From Candidatus Obscuribacteraceae bacterium (GTDB lineage: Bacteria; Cyanobacteriota; Vampirovibrionia; Obscuribacterales; Obscuribacteraceae): a stretch of DNA of 64,000 bases. Location: assembly GCA_044226015.1 (NCBI GenBank), contig JBGAHS010000009.1, forward strand, positions 128,001 through 192,000, written 5' to 3'. Below, piece by piece: positions 47,943 to 58,147 of this stretch. Each line of letters starts with the position of its first letter. Position 1 is the first letter of the stretch. The position numbers and the translations under genes were made by a program. Under the pieces are notes generated by a model that was given only the letters and a program-made list of their open reading frames with translations, was not told the origin of the DNA and did no database searches.

Positions 47943-49361
47943 GTGAAAGAAGTAGAAGAAAATACCAAAACTGTTGAGCGTACATCCGATGAGAGTGCTC
48001 CGAATAACGCACTGCGGGATGTTTACAAGGAACTTGGATGGACTCCGCCTGCTTCCAGTTCTGCTAACTCAGGTTCTCGCTCAACGCAGGAAACTGATAA
48101 ACCGGGTCCGACAAATCAATCTGGTCCGGAGTCGGGTCTGCATCACAAATCGCCGTTTGAAAAAGGCAACAGCAAGTCTGGAACCGGAGAACTTCCGGAC
48201 TGGCTGCAATCTATTCAAAATAAGAAATTTCAAGATGGAAAGACTCCAGATGGAACTGGTGGTTCTGATGGGCAAAAATCAGCGCAAGTTCCATCGCGTG
48301 ATCAAGCGCCACCGAAGGATCAAGCGCCACCGAAGGAGCAAGTGCCACCAAAGGATCAGTTACCGCAAGGACAGGCATCAAGAGAGATCGATTCCTTTTC
48401 TGTCAAGGGTCTTCCGTTGCCACCGTTTGAAATTCCGGGTACTCGGACGGAAATCAATCGAAAAGATTCACCACTGCCTAGCATTTACAAGGACCATCTT
48501 CCTCCTTTCAAAGTTGAGGATGGGCGAGATAAGTACGGAGTGGGACCTCGCGTTGAGTCCGGACCAGGAAAACTATATGAACTTCGCAGGCTAGATAATA
48601 GAGCTGGCGATCACTCGTCTCCAGATGCGATGGTTCGAATTCCATCCGACTTTGACCCAAGCAAACCAGTCAATCTTGTAATTTACAATCATGGATGGAG
48701 AAGTAGTGCACAAGATGCCTACAAGGAAAGCGATTTTGAAAGTCAGATGCGTAAGGCGCCACCAAATTCGGTGTTAATCGTTCCGGAATGGCAGCGCACC
48801 GCTGGTGCTAGTAATGGAGATCAAGGGCGATTCTCTGAACCAAACCGCTTCCGGAATATGCTGCAGGAAGTATTCAACAAAACGCCTGAGCTGAAAGGCA
48901 AGACCTTGAATGATGTTGAGAGCATTGATATCTTCTCTCACTCTGCTGGATACAACGCCACCAATACCGAAGTGTACAAAAATGGTTTGATAGATAAGAT
49001 TCGGAACATCACTATGCTTGATTCGAATTATGATGGATCAGGCATGGATAGCTGGATCCGTCATAACATCAATGACCTTGCTTCGGGTAAGAAGCACTTC
49101 ATCAATATTTTCAATGACACTGTGAATAACAGTAAGGGGCAAGCTGAGCGTGTCACACAAATGCTTCGCAATGCTGGTTTGAAAACTCAAGTCTACAAGG
49201 ATTACAGTCATCCTAATTCCATGCTATCTGAACAAGAGATTGCGCAGAACCCTATCATCTTCAAGTTCTCTAAAGTCACCACTCCAGGTTGGGGGGAACA
49301 TGGAAGTTTGCCGTTGATTTATCTTGGTCCTATTGAGGCCGTTCGCAGAAAAGGTCAGTAG
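47943..49361 (+). CDS. Hypothetical protein: disordered N-terminus plus alpha/beta-hydrolase-like domain
   Basis: VIYNHGW, FSHSAGY nucleophile elbow, MLDSNY, EHG; DQAPPK repeats. Confidence 0.7.
   Translation: MKEVEENTKTVERTSDESAPNNALRDVYKELGWTPPASSSANSGSRSTQETDKPGPTNQSGPESGLHHKSPFEKGNSKSGTGELPDWLQSIQNKKFQDGKTPDGTGGSDGQKSAQVPSRDQAPPKDQAPPKEQVPPKDQLPQGQASREIDSFSVKGLPLPPFEIPGTRTEINRKDSPLPSIYKDHLPPFKVEDGRDKYGVGPRVESGPGKLYELRRLDNRAGDHSSPDAMVRIPSDFDPSKPVNLVIYNHGWRSSAQDAYKESDFESQMRKAPPNSVLIVPEWQRTAGASNGDQGRFSEPNRFRNMLQEVFNKTPELKGKTLNDVESIDIFSHSAGYNATNTEVYKNGLIDKIRNITMLDSNYDGSGMDSWIRHNINDLASGKKHFINIFNDTVNNSKGQAERVTQMLRNAGLKTQVYKDYSHPNSMLSEQEIAQNPIIFKFSKVTTPGWGEHGSLPLIYLGPIEAVRRKGQ
48300..48359 (+). 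repeat. 18-bp coding tandem repeat (DQAPPK-like x3)
   Basis: GATCAAGCGCCACCGAAG x2 plus a degenerate third copy. Confidence 0.8.
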
Positions 49362-49536
49362 GCCGGTTTGAAATTATCGATTTGGATTATCTTCGCTGTC
49401 ATTCTGAGGGAGCGAATTTCCCTGTGCTGCGAACAACGGGCAAGTGTTTCCAAATCTGTTTGTCAAGCGGGCGGGTGGCTAAGTAGTTTGCGCTTGCCCT
49501 TATACATATATGTTGATGGCAAATTGCATGTCTGGT

Positions 49537-49664
49537 TGTAAGGCGCTGGCAAGGCAGCCAAAAATCAAAACTGGAACGGTACCGTTTGAGCTTTTCAAAT
49601 GAGCGGTGGATGTAAGGCGCTGGGAACGGAGCAAAAAGTCAAAACTGGAACGGTACCGGTTCAG
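49537..49664. repeat. Two 54-bp direct repeats (47/54 identical), 74-bp period, with palindromic core
   Basis: Copies at 49537-49590 and 49611-49664; AACGGTACCGTT palindrome at 49575-49586. Confidence 0.85.
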
Positions 49665-50098
49665 TTCTGAGTGAGAGAGTCAAGAGCTGCTCTTGTTTTC
49701 AAGTGGCTCATTTTATTATCGGACTCTGTGATGCTTGCTTAAAATCGGTCAAGATCCGCTTCAGAAGCCGCCTGGCACAGCAAGCGTCAGTCTTTGTTCT
49801 CTTGACTGTTTGTTGAAACCGGCTTAAGAACTGCTTTCAAACAGACTACGTATGAAATTCGTCACAGAGAATGGTCGGAATGCTTTTGTCTGTCTTGTGT
49901 TAAGAAGCTTGTATAAAGAACCGTTTTATTGATCGTAAAAAGGGGACTTGCCGTAAACGTATACAAGTACTCTGTTTCGGGACTTTGCGGGTGTAAGCTT
50001 AAGCAGAATGAATGTCTGAATCATTTAGCTGAAATAAATTTTTGCGATTCGCCATATACGTAAACTGTATGATGTACCTCCTGTTTGTTCCAAATCCG

Positions 50099-50287
50099 TC
50101 ACCCCATGGCGCATTTCGAAATAAGAGCAGCTTAATGTAGCAGCTCGGATGGTCACATGGGTGAGAATTCTCGGGCAAGCAAGGCGGGACTTGTAGTCAG
50201 CCTGGCAGCAGATGTTTCTGCCGCCTCGGAAAGGCAACAAGCGTGTAAATCAGGACTCAAACGAGTCAAAAAGGAGTTAACGCGATA
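50099..50287 (+). promoter_or_regulatory. Putative structured S10-operon leader
   Basis: TCACCCCATG/CATGGGTGA stem plus several hairpins directly upstream of the rpsJ RBS. Confidence 0.45.
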
Positions 50288-50641
50288 ATGGCACGTGCCA
50301 AAACAAACCTAAAGGATGGAGCCGCTGGCGGACCGAAAGTCCAGCGCATTCGTATTCGTTTGAAATCCTACGATCATAGACTGCTGGACAAATCAGCAGA
50401 ACAGATTGTTGATACTGCTAAGCGCACCGGCGCTGCAGTTTTGGGTCCGGTTCCGCTGCCGACCCGCAAGCGCGTTTACTGCGTATTGCGTTCACCGCAC
50501 GTCGATAAGAAATCGCGCGAGCATTTTGAAATTCGCGTGCATAAGCGCCTCATTGATATCAATGACCCAACCCCAACCACAACCGACGCTCTCATGAGAC
50601 TCGATTTGCCGGCTGGTGTGGACATCGAAGTTAAGCTCTAG
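50288..50641 (+). CDS. rpsJ: 30S ribosomal protein S10
   Basis: [29 protein letters not shown]. Confidence 0.98.
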   Translation: MARAKTNLKDGAAGGPKVQRIRIRLKSYDHRLLDKSAEQIVDTAKRTGAAVLGPVPLPTRKRVYCVLRSPHVDKKSREHFEIRVHKRLIDINDPTPTTTDALMRLDLPAGVDIEVKL

Positions 50642-50703
50642 AGAGAAATAGGGCAGGCGGCGCGGAAGGGCATCGCCCCCAAAAGAAAACGAAGGTTCAG
50701 GAA

Positions 50704-51354
50704 ATGAAAAATTCACTTGGATTGCTGGGACGAAAAGTTGGAATGACGCAGATCTTTGATCAAGATGGTGCTGCAGTTCCCGTTACCGTAGTACAACTTG
50801 GCGAAAACATCGTTACCCAAACGATGACCAAAGAAAAGAATGGCTACACAGCTGTTCAGCTCGGCGGGTTCCAGGTTAAAGAAAGCAAGCTCAATAAGCC
50901 AGAGCTTGGCAATTTGAAGAAGCATGAGCTTCCCGTGCTTAAGCCACTCAAAGAATTCCGCGTCAAAGATGTCGCTGAGTTCAAAGTTGGTGAAGCCGTT
51001 AAGCCAGAAGCTCTTCTCAAAGATGGAATGCTGATTGACGTTCAGGGTGAGTCGATTGGTAAGGGCTTCCAGGGCACCATCAAGCGCTACAACGCTGGTC
51101 GTGGACCAATGGCTCACGGTTCTAAATTCCACAGAAGCATGGGTTCTATCGGACCAGGAACCACTCCGGGTCGCGTATTCAAAGGACTTCACATGCCAGG
51201 TCACATGGGCAACGTAACCTCAACGGTTCGTCACCTCAAGGTAGTCAAAGTGGATTCTGAGAAAAAGATTTTGCTCGTTCGTGGAGCAGTCCCAGGCTGG
51301 GATGGTGGCTTGCTGGTCATCACTCCTTCCGTCACCAAATGGAATGAGAAATAA
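50704..51354 (+). CDS. rplC: 50S ribosomal protein L3
   Basis: GRKVGMTQIF, GKGFQGTIKR. Confidence 0.98.
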   Translation: MKNSLGLLGRKVGMTQIFDQDGAAVPVTVVQLGENIVTQTMTKEKNGYTAVQLGGFQVKESKLNKPELGNLKKHELPVLKPLKEFRVKDVAEFKVGEAVKPEALLKDGMLIDVQGESIGKGFQGTIKRYNAGRGPMAHGSKFHRSMGSIGPGTTPGRVFKGLHMPGHMGNVTSTVRHLKVVKVDSEKKILLVRGAVPGWDGGLLVITPSVTKWNEK

Positions 51355-51397
51355 GCGGAGCCCAGGCGAAGCTGAATCGTTATAAGGAAATAGGGAA

Positions 51398-52324
51398 ATG
51401 ACTTCCGTTGTAGTAAGAGATTTGAAAGGCAAAGAGCAAGGTTCGAAAGAACTCAATGCTGATGTTTTCGGTGCTGAAATCAATAGCCACCTGATCCATC
51501 AAGCGTTGGTTCGTCAGCTCGCCAATGCTCGTTCTGGATCTGCTAACACAAAGACCAGATCAGAAGTTCGCGGTGGCGGACGTAAGCCATGGAGACAGAA
51601 AGGTACCGGTCGTGCTCGTGCAGGTTCTACACGTTCACCATTGTGGAACGGTGGCGGTGTGACCTTCGGTCCTAAGCCACGTGATTTCTCCATCACCATG
51701 AACAAGAAAGCCAGGCAATTGGCGCTCAAGTCGGCACTCGCCGCAAGAGCTGAAGAGCTGGTTGTTGTACAAAATTTTGATGGACTCTTTAAGCAAGCAC
51801 CTAAAGCGGGCGAAGCTGTTAATGAACAGCCGAAGACCAAAGAGGTGCTTTCTATTCTTAAGAGCCTCAATATTGCAGACAAGAACGTTCTTATCGTTCT
51901 TGACCGCATGGTTGCTGGCAGCAAGCAAGTTGAGCGTGCTGCTCGCAATATTCCTAACGTCAAGGTTGTTGACCAGACAAACCTCAACGTTAAGGACCTG
52001 GCTCATGCCGGAGCTGTGCTCACAACCGAGCAAGTTCTGAATGAGTTGGAAAATCGCTTCAAGAACTGCGGAAGCAAGGCATCTTGCGAGCAGTCTGCAG
52101 CAGAGAAGAATGGCGCTGCAAAAGCAGCAGGCACCAAGAGTGGTGCAGCAACAGCTAAGAAAGCTGCAGCTCCTAAGGCTGAAGCTGAGCCAAAAGCAAA
52201 AGCGAAAGCTGATGCTCCGGCTGCTGAAAAGAAAGCTAGCACCAAGAAGGCTGCTCCTGAGCCCAAAGCTGATGAAGCTAAGGCTCCCAAGAAGACAAGC
52301 AAAAAGAAGTCTGACGAAGCCTAA
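51398..52324 (+). CDS. rplD: 50S ribosomal protein L4 with Ala/Lys-rich C-terminal extension
   Basis: TKTRSEVRGGGRKPWRQKGTGRAR. Confidence 0.97.
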   Translation: MTSVVVRDLKGKEQGSKELNADVFGAEINSHLIHQALVRQLANARSGSANTKTRSEVRGGGRKPWRQKGTGRARAGSTRSPLWNGGGVTFGPKPRDFSITMNKKARQLALKSALAARAEELVVVQNFDGLFKQAPKAGEAVNEQPKTKEVLSILKSLNIADKNVLIVLDRMVAGSKQVERAARNIPNVKVVDQTNLNVKDLAHAGAVLTTEQVLNELENRFKNCGSKASCEQSAAEKNGAAKAAGTKSGAATAKKAAAPKAEAEPKAKAKADAPAAEKKASTKKAAPEPKADEAKAPKKTSKKKSDEA

Positions 52325-52346
52325 TCAGGAGTGAGGGAAAAAGATA

Positions 52347-52655
52347 ATGGATAGCCGTCAAGCAAACGTCATAGTTCGTCCGATCATCAATGAAAAGACA
52401 GTCATACTGGCATCTGAGCACAATCAATACACTTTCGAAGTGGCTCGCGATTCCAACAAAACTGAAATCGCCCAGGCTCTCAAAGCTGTTTTGAAAGAGC
52501 TCTACCCAAAAGGCAAGTTCACCGTATTGAAAGTCAATACATCAGCCATCCGCGATCGCTTCCGTCGTTCTAAGAGACATGGAAGAGCTCCGAAGGATAG
52601 CAAGAAGGCAATCGTGACGGTCGCTGGCGACCCAATCGAAATCTTCACCGCTTAA
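52347..52655 (+). CDS. rplW: 50S ribosomal protein L23
   Basis: RPIINEK, YTFEV, KKAIVT; operon position. Confidence 0.93.
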   Translation: MDSRQANVIVRPIINEKTVILASEHNQYTFEVARDSNKTEIAQALKAVLKELYPKGKFTVLKVNTSAIRDRFRRSKRHGRAPKDSKKAIVTVAGDPIEIFTA

Positions 52656-52765
52656 TGCGGACAGCAACGATAAGCGTTGCTCAATTATGGGTGCCGGCAC
52701 CGTGCCCCACCCGATAAGGCGATGAACCACTCATCGTTCCCAGGCAGATAAAAAGGTAGAAACTA

Positions 52766-53596
52766 ATGCCTATTAAGAAAGTAAATCCAACTTCTCCCGG
52801 TCGTCGTGGTATGACGCTGGCTGATTTTTCGGACATCACAAAGACAACTCCTGAAAAATCACTAGTCATTCATTTGAAGAGACATGGCGGCCGCAACAAC
52901 ATGGGAAGATTGACCGTTCGTCATAAGGGCGGCGGTCACAAGCGCGCTTACCGCATCATCGACTTCCGTCGTGATAAGCATGGTATTGCTTGCGAAGTTA
53001 AGAGCATTGAATACGATCCAAATCGCAGTGCTCGTATCGCATTGGTTCAATACACAGATGGTGAGAAGCGTTACATTTTAGCTCCACATACTCTGCGCGT
53101 CGGCGACAAATTGATGTCCGGTTCGCAAGCGGAAATTCGTGATGGTAATGCGCTTCCTCTGCGCAACATCCCACTGGGTACAATTTTGCACAACGTAGAG
53201 TTGACCATTGGCAAGGGTGGACAACTGGGCCGCGCAGCCGGCACACAAATCCAACTTCTTGCAAAAGAAGGAAAGTATGCAACATTGCGCTTGCCATCAA
53301 GCGAAATGCGCATGGTGCACATTGACTGTATGGCCTCCATCGGTCAGTTGAGCAATCCGGACAATAAGAACATAAGCCTTGGTAAAGCTGGCCGCAGCCG
53401 CTGGCTCGGTATCAAACCAGCTAACCGTGGTGTTGTTATGAATCCGGTTGATCACCCACACGGTGGTGGAGAAGGTAAGTCGCCTATCGGTGGTAAGCCG
53501 CAAACCCCATGGGGCAAGCCGGCTATGGGTTATAAGACCCGCCGCGGTAAGCATAAGATTTCCTCCCGTTTCATCGTAAAGCGTCGTACTAAGTAA
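52766..53596 (+). CDS. rplB: 50S ribosomal protein L2
   Basis: [26 protein letters not shown]. Confidence 0.99.
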   Translation: MPIKKVNPTSPGRRGMTLADFSDITKTTPEKSLVIHLKRHGGRNNMGRLTVRHKGGGHKRAYRIIDFRRDKHGIACEVKSIEYDPNRSARIALVQYTDGEKRYILAPHTLRVGDKLMSGSQAEIRDGNALPLRNIPLGTILHNVELTIGKGGQLGRAAGTQIQLLAKEGKYATLRLPSSEMRMVHIDCMASIGQLSNPDNKNISLGKAGRSRWLGIKPANRGVVMNPVDHPHGGGEGKSPIGGKPQTPWGKPAMGYKTRRGKHKISSRFIVKRRTK

Positions 53597-53618
53597 GCGC
53601 CGTTAAAGGAGAGCTAAA

Positions 53619-53900
53619 GTGTCTCGTTCCCTCAAAAAAGGTCCTTTCGTTCATCCAAGTCTTCATAAGAAGATCGAAGATATGAACAAAAAAGGCGAAA
53701 AGAAAGTAGTTAAGTGCTGGTCGAGAGCATCGATGATTGTGCCAGAAATGATTGGTCACACGATCGCTATCTACAATGGCCGCAAGCACGTTCCAGTCTA
53801 CGTAACCGAGCAAATGATCGGTCACAGATTGGGTGAATTTGCGCCGACCAGATATTTCAAAGGCCACTCTGGCCAAGAAAAGACCGCAAAGAGAGGCTAA
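53619..53900 (+). CDS. rpsS: 30S ribosomal protein S19
   Basis: [21 protein letters not shown]. Confidence 0.98.
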   Translation: MSRSLKKGPFVHPSLHKKIEDMNKKGEKKVVKCWSRASMIVPEMIGHTIAIYNGRKHVPVYVTEQMIGHRLGEFAPTRYFKGHSGQEKTAKRG

Positions 53901-53904
53901 GGTC

Positions 53905-54255
53905 ATGCATACAAGAGCGCAAGCTAAATGGATAAGAATGTCACCGCTGAAGGTGCGTCGCGTAATGAATGTAATTCGCGGCAAGAGAGCAGGCGAAGCA
54001 TACACCATGCTGAAGTTTATGCCTCACGCTGCAGCGCGTGAAGTGGAGAAAGTGCTCTGGTCAGCAATGCACAATCTGATCAATCACGCACAAACTCCAG
54101 TTTCAGAAGAAGAAGTTCAAGACTTCCGCATCTCGAGAATCTTTGCTGACCAGGGCCCAACCCTGAAACGCATTCAGCCTCACGCACGAGGCCGCGCTTT
54201 CCCAATCAAGAAGCGCATCACGCATATCACAATCGAACTCGACGACATTCAATAA
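53905..54255 (+). CDS. rplV: 50S ribosomal protein L22
   Basis: RMSPLKVRRV, GPTLKRIQPHARGRA; ATG 53905. Confidence 0.97.
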   Translation: MHTRAQAKWIRMSPLKVRRVMNVIRGKRAGEAYTMLKFMPHAAAREVEKVLWSAMHNLINHAQTPVSEEEVQDFRISRIFADQGPTLKRIQPHARGRAFPIKKRITHITIELDDIQ

Positions 54256-54270
54256 AGGAGCTAGAGGACC

Positions 54271-55074
54271 TTGGGTCAGAAAGTACATCCGCGCGGTTTT
54301 AGAGTAGGCATCCATCAAGGATGGTCGTCGAACTGGATTGTCAACACAAAAGACATTCCAGCACTCATCGAAGAAGACCACAGAATTCGCAATTACCTAA
54401 AGAAGGAATTGCAAAATGCTGGAGTTTCGAAAGTTGAGATTGGCCGCAAGGCGGATCAAATTCAAATTGATATCTACACCGCTCGTCCAGGTGTAGTTGT
54501 TGGAAAAGGCGGACAAGGGCTTGAAACCTTGCACTTGAAAGTCAAAGAAATGCTCGGACGTACCGGCATCGAAGTCAAAATCAACATTCTGGAAATCGCC
54601 AGAGTTGATCTCGAAGCTCAACTTGTTGCTGAATCAATCGGTCAGCAATTGGAAAAGCGTGTTGCTTTCCGTCGCGCTATGAAGCAAGCAATTCAACGTT
54701 GCATGCGCACCGGCGCTATCGGAGTCAAGCTCATGGTTTCCGGAAGATTGGGCGGAGCAGAAATCGCTCGTACAGAATGGAGCAAGGAAGGAAGAATTCC
54801 TCTTCAAACATTGAGAGCAGACATTGACTACGGATTTGCTGAAGCGCATACCACCATGGGTCTCATTGGAATCAAGGTTTGGGTATTCAGAGGCGAATTG
54901 ACCAGAGGTCAATGGTCACCACCGAATGTCAAAACTCCAAGCGAAAGAGCTGAGGGTGGCGAAGGCGGAAGAAGAGAACGCAGACCTGATAGAGGCGATC
55001 GCGGTAATCGCGGTGGCGGCGGCGGAGAAGGCGGCGAGCGCGATAACAAAGGTCGCAGACCGAAGAAGGGGTAA
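54271..55074 (+). CDS. rpsC: 30S ribosomal protein S3
   Basis: GQKVHPRGFR, GRIPLQTLRADIDY; TTG start. Confidence 0.98.
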   Translation: MGQKVHPRGFRVGIHQGWSSNWIVNTKDIPALIEEDHRIRNYLKKELQNAGVSKVEIGRKADQIQIDIYTARPGVVVGKGGQGLETLHLKVKEMLGRTGIEVKINILEIARVDLEAQLVAESIGQQLEKRVAFRRAMKQAIQRCMRTGAIGVKLMVSGRLGGAEIARTEWSKEGRIPLQTLRADIDYGFAEAHTTMGLIGIKVWVFRGELTRGQWSPPNVKTPSERAEGGEGGRRERRPDRGDRGNRGGGGGEGGERDNKGRRPKKG

Positions 55075-55081
55075 TTAAACC

Positions 55082-55498
55082 ATGTTGTTTCCAAAGAGAA
55101 CAAAATTTCGCAAACACCAACGTGGTCGCATGTGCGGCACCGAAACTCGCGGTAGCGAGCTGCACTTCGGAGAACTTGGTTTGCAAGCCCTGGAACCAGC
55201 CTGGGTAACAAGCCGACAAATCGAAGCAGCACGTAAAGCTATGAGCCGAAGTGTACGCCGTGGCGGTCAAATGTGGATCCGCGTATTTCCAGATAAATCT
55301 GTTACGAAAAAACCCGCTGAAACCCGTATGGGATCAGGAAAGGGTAACCCGGAATTCTGGGTAGCTGTGATTAAACCAGGTCGCATGCTGTTCGAAATCG
55401 CCGGAGTTGGAGCCAAGGAAGCCAAGGCTGCTATGGAAATCGCAGCTCAAAAACTTCCGATCAAGTGCCGCATTGTCGAAAGACAGCAAGGAGGCTAA
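55082..55498 (+). CDS. rplP: 50S ribosomal protein L16
   Basis: [17 protein letters not shown]. Confidence 0.98.
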   Translation: MLFPKRTKFRKHQRGRMCGTETRGSELHFGELGLQALEPAWVTSRQIEAARKAMSRSVRRGGQMWIRVFPDKSVTKKPAETRMGSGKGNPEFWVAVIKPGRMLFEIAGVGAKEAKAAMEIAAQKLPIKCRIVERQQGG

Positions 55499-55500
55499 GG

Positions 55501-55701
55501 ATGAGAGTTAAAGAGATTAGAGAGCTCTCTGACGAAGAGATGAACAGCAAAATCGCTGAAACGCGTAAGGAAATTGTCTCATTGCGTTTTGAACTTGCAA
55601 GCCGCAAGTTGCGCAACACAGGCAGCATCGTTAATGCGAAGAAGCGTCTTGCCAGACTCCTGACTGTACAACACGAACGCTCACTTGGATTGAAGAGGTA
55701 A
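55501..55701 (+). CDS. rpmC: 50S ribosomal protein L29
   Basis: [21 protein letters not shown] 55501. Confidence 0.95.
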   Translation: MRVKEIRELSDEEMNSKIAETRKEIVSLRFELASRKLRNTGSIVNAKKRLARLLTVQHERSLGLKR

Positions 55702-55709
55702 GAGGGGCA

Positions 55710-55973
55710 ATGCCTAAGAAAGAACTCGTTGGAAAAGTAGTATCCAACAAGATGCAGAAGACGGTCGTTGTCGCTGTAGAAAACCATGTACGTCACAGCA
55801 AGTACGAAAAACAAACTGTACGTACAAGCAAATTCAAAGCGCATGACGAAGAAAACAAGTGCCAAATCGGCGATCGCGTACGCATTCAAGAATGCCCGCC
55901 GCTCTCCAGAGACAAGCACTTCAAAGTAGTAGCAGTGCTGGGTAACATACTCGGCGAAAAGGTTGAGGAGTAA
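55710..55973 (+). CDS. rpsQ: 30S ribosomal protein S17
   Basis: [19 protein letters not shown]. Confidence 0.98.
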   Translation: MPKKELVGKVVSNKMQKTVVVAVENHVRHSKYEKQTVRTSKFKAHDEENKCQIGDRVRIQECPPLSRDKHFKVVAVLGNILGEKVEE

Positions 55974-55979
55974 GGTGTC

Positions 55980-56348
55980 ATGATCCAGCAGCAAAGTAGA
56001 TTAACGGTTGCTGATAACACTGGTGCTCGCGAACTTATGTGCATCAGAGTTCTCGGGGCTTCAGGACGCCGTTATGCTTCACTCGGTGACATCATCGTCG
56101 CAGTTGTGAAAGATGCTCTGCCGAACATGCCGGTCAAAAAATCGGAAGTTGTTAAAGCAGTAGTAGTTCGCGTTCGCACCAGCGTCAGAAGACCAGATGG
56201 AACCACAATTCGTTTTGATGACAATGCAGCAGTAATTCTGCAAAAAGATGGCAACCCAAAAGGCACCCGCGTTTTCGGACCCATCGCTCGTGAACTGAGA
56301 GACAAGAATTTCACAAAAATCATGTCGCTTGCTCCAGAGGTACTCTAA
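55980..56348 (+). CDS. rplN: 50S ribosomal protein L14
   Basis: [23 protein letters not shown]. Confidence 0.99.
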   Translation: MIQQQSRLTVADNTGARELMCIRVLGASGRRYASLGDIIVAVVKDALPNMPVKKSEVVKAVVVRVRTSVRRPDGTTIRFDDNAAVILQKDGNPKGTRVFGPIARELRDKNFTKIMSLAPEVL

Positions 56349-56350
56349 AA

Positions 56351-56809
56351 ATGGCAGCTAAGAATGAAACCAAAGTGAGCTATACCAAAGCTCCTAAGAA
56401 AGCCAAAATCAAGGAAGGCGGCAGCCTGCTTCTTTCAGAAGCATTGCACAAGAAGAGCAGCTCAAACCTGACTCCGAAGTCTCACTTGAAGCGCGGCGAT
56501 ACCGTAATGCTCATGAATGGTCCTAAAAAAGAGGACAAGAAGCGCAGTTCTGAAGATACTGCAAGACTCAATGAGCGCAATGCTTACAAAGGCACCATCG
56601 GTAAGGTCGCCGCAGTATTCCCGAAAGAAGGCAAAGTCCTTATTGAGGGCGTCAACATGATGAGCCACTTTGTCAAAAACAAAGGCATGGGTGGTGAGTC
56701 TGGAATCATCAGAAAGGCAGTTCCGGTTTTTGCAAGCCGCGTAATGCTTTATGACAGCAATAACAAACGCCCAGTGCGCGGCGACAAGCGCAAAGCCCTG
56801 GGTCTATAG
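56351..56809 (+). CDS. rplX: 50S ribosomal protein L24 (divergent, extended)
   Basis: HLKRGDTV..G..KGTIGKV..VLIEGVN; position between rplN and rplE. Confidence 0.9.
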   Translation: MAAKNETKVSYTKAPKKAKIKEGGSLLLSEALHKKSSSNLTPKSHLKRGDTVMLMNGPKKEDKKRSSEDTARLNERNAYKGTIGKVAAVFPKEGKVLIEGVNMMSHFVKNKGMGGESGIIRKAVPVFASRVMLYDSNNKRPVRGDKRKALGL

Positions 56810-56876
56810 GAATCGGAGGCGAATATTCGCCTGAGACGACAACGACCGTCTCGAACAAATAAGCTGGAGCAGCAAA

Positions 56877-57413
56877 ATGAAACTCAAAGATCAATACGAA
56901 CAACAAGTTATTCCGGCACTCAAAAAAGAGTTCGGATACACCAATGATATGCAAGTTCCGCGCATAGCGAAAGTTGTAATCAACATGGGAGTTGGTGAAG
57001 CAGCAGCTTCAGCTAAAGCCATCGAAGGTGGTGTCAAAGACTTGACCATCATTGCCGGTCAAAAGCCAGTAGTGAACCGTGCGCGTAAGTCAATTGCAAC
57101 CTTCAAGTTGCGCAAAGGCATGCCAGTTGGCGTGTCGGTGACACTTCGCGGACAAAGAATGTACGACTTCCTGGCAAAGTTGATTCACATCGCGTTGCCA
57201 CGTATTAGAGACTTCCGTGGTCTGTCAAACAAGTCGTTTGATGGTCGCGGCAACTACTCTCTGGGAGTTAAGGAACAGCTTATTTTCCCAGAAATCAATT
57301 ACGAACAAGTTGATACCACACGTGGTATGGACATTTCTATCGTCACTACTGCACGCACCGACCAGGAGTCGAGAGCGTTGCTAGCAGCACTCGGTATGCC
57401 GTTCAAGCGGTAA
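56877..57413 (+). CDS. rplE: 50S ribosomal protein L5
   Basis: [18 protein letters not shown]. Confidence 0.99.
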   Translation: MKLKDQYEQQVIPALKKEFGYTNDMQVPRIAKVVINMGVGEAAASAKAIEGGVKDLTIIAGQKPVVNRARKSIATFKLRKGMPVGVSVTLRGQRMYDFLAKLIHIALPRIRDFRGLSNKSFDGRGNYSLGVKEQLIFPEINYEQVDTTRGMDISIVTTARTDQESRALLAALGMPFKR

Positions 57414-57515
57414 TTGAAGAGGGACCCGGTCCCGAGAATTTAGAGGAGCCTGGCTCCAAAGAAAAAAGACGGAAACGTCTTCAATACACAAGTAAAAAGG
57501 GAGAGATTTTCAGTC

Positions 57516-57722
57516 GTGGCTAAAACATCCATGATCGACAAAGAAAACAAGCGCAGAGTGCTTGCCAGCAAAGGCAAGTATCACACAGTCCGCTTGCATA
57601 ACCGCTGCCGCATCTGCGGACGCCCGCGGGGTTATTATCGTGACCTCGGCCTCTGCCGTTGTTGCTTGAGAAAAATGGCCCATGAGGGTCTTATCCCTGG
57701 AATGACCAAGTCAAGTTGGTAG
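57516..57722 (+). CDS. rpsN: 30S ribosomal protein S14 (zinc-binding type Z)
   Basis: [26 protein letters not shown]. Confidence 0.97.
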   Translation: MAKTSMIDKENKRRVLASKGKYHTVRLHNRCRICGRPRGYYRDLGLCRCCLRKMAHEGLIPGMTKSSW

Positions 57723-57732
57723 GAGAAAATAG

Positions 57733-58134
57733 ATGCCGACTACAGATCCAATAGCAGACATGTTTGCGCGTATTCGCAATGCAACTCGCGTACATGCTCC
57801 ATTCGTAGAAATGCCAGCTTCAAAGCTAAAAGTTTCGCTTGCTGAAGTACTCCGTAACGAAGGATATATTTCATCGTTCGAAACAAAAGGGCTTGGTTCA
57901 CCAGAACAGCGCATGCGTATAGTCCTTAAATATGGTCCCCGTGGCGAACAAGTCATTCAAGGCTTGAAGCGCGTCTCAAAGCCGGGGCTCAGAGTGCACA
58001 GACCAGCCAAACGAGTGCCGCGCGTACTCGGTGGACTCGGTGTTGCCATCGTCTCAACATCGACAGGTCTGATGACAGACCGTCAGGCTCGTAAGAGCAA
58101 TGTTGGTGGCGAAGTCGTCGGATTCGTTTGGTAA
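57733..58134 (+). CDS. rpsH: 30S ribosomal protein S8
   Basis: DPIADM, RVSKPGLR. Confidence 0.98.
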   Translation: MPTTDPIADMFARIRNATRVHAPFVEMPASKLKVSLAEVLRNEGYISSFETKGLGSPEQRMRIVLKYGPRGEQVIQGLKRVSKPGLRVHRPAKRVPRVLGGLGVAIVSTSTGLMTDRQARKSNVGGEVVGFVW

Positions 58135-58147
58135 GAGGGAACGACCT

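Noticed and set aside
47974..48594. 206-aa alternative-frame ORF with IKRHRR repeats
   Set aside because: Frame-shifted reading of the 18-bp repeat within the 472-aa gene.
49537..49664. Possible CRISPR array
   Set aside because: Only two 54-bp units with a 20-nt gap, and no cas genes in the window.
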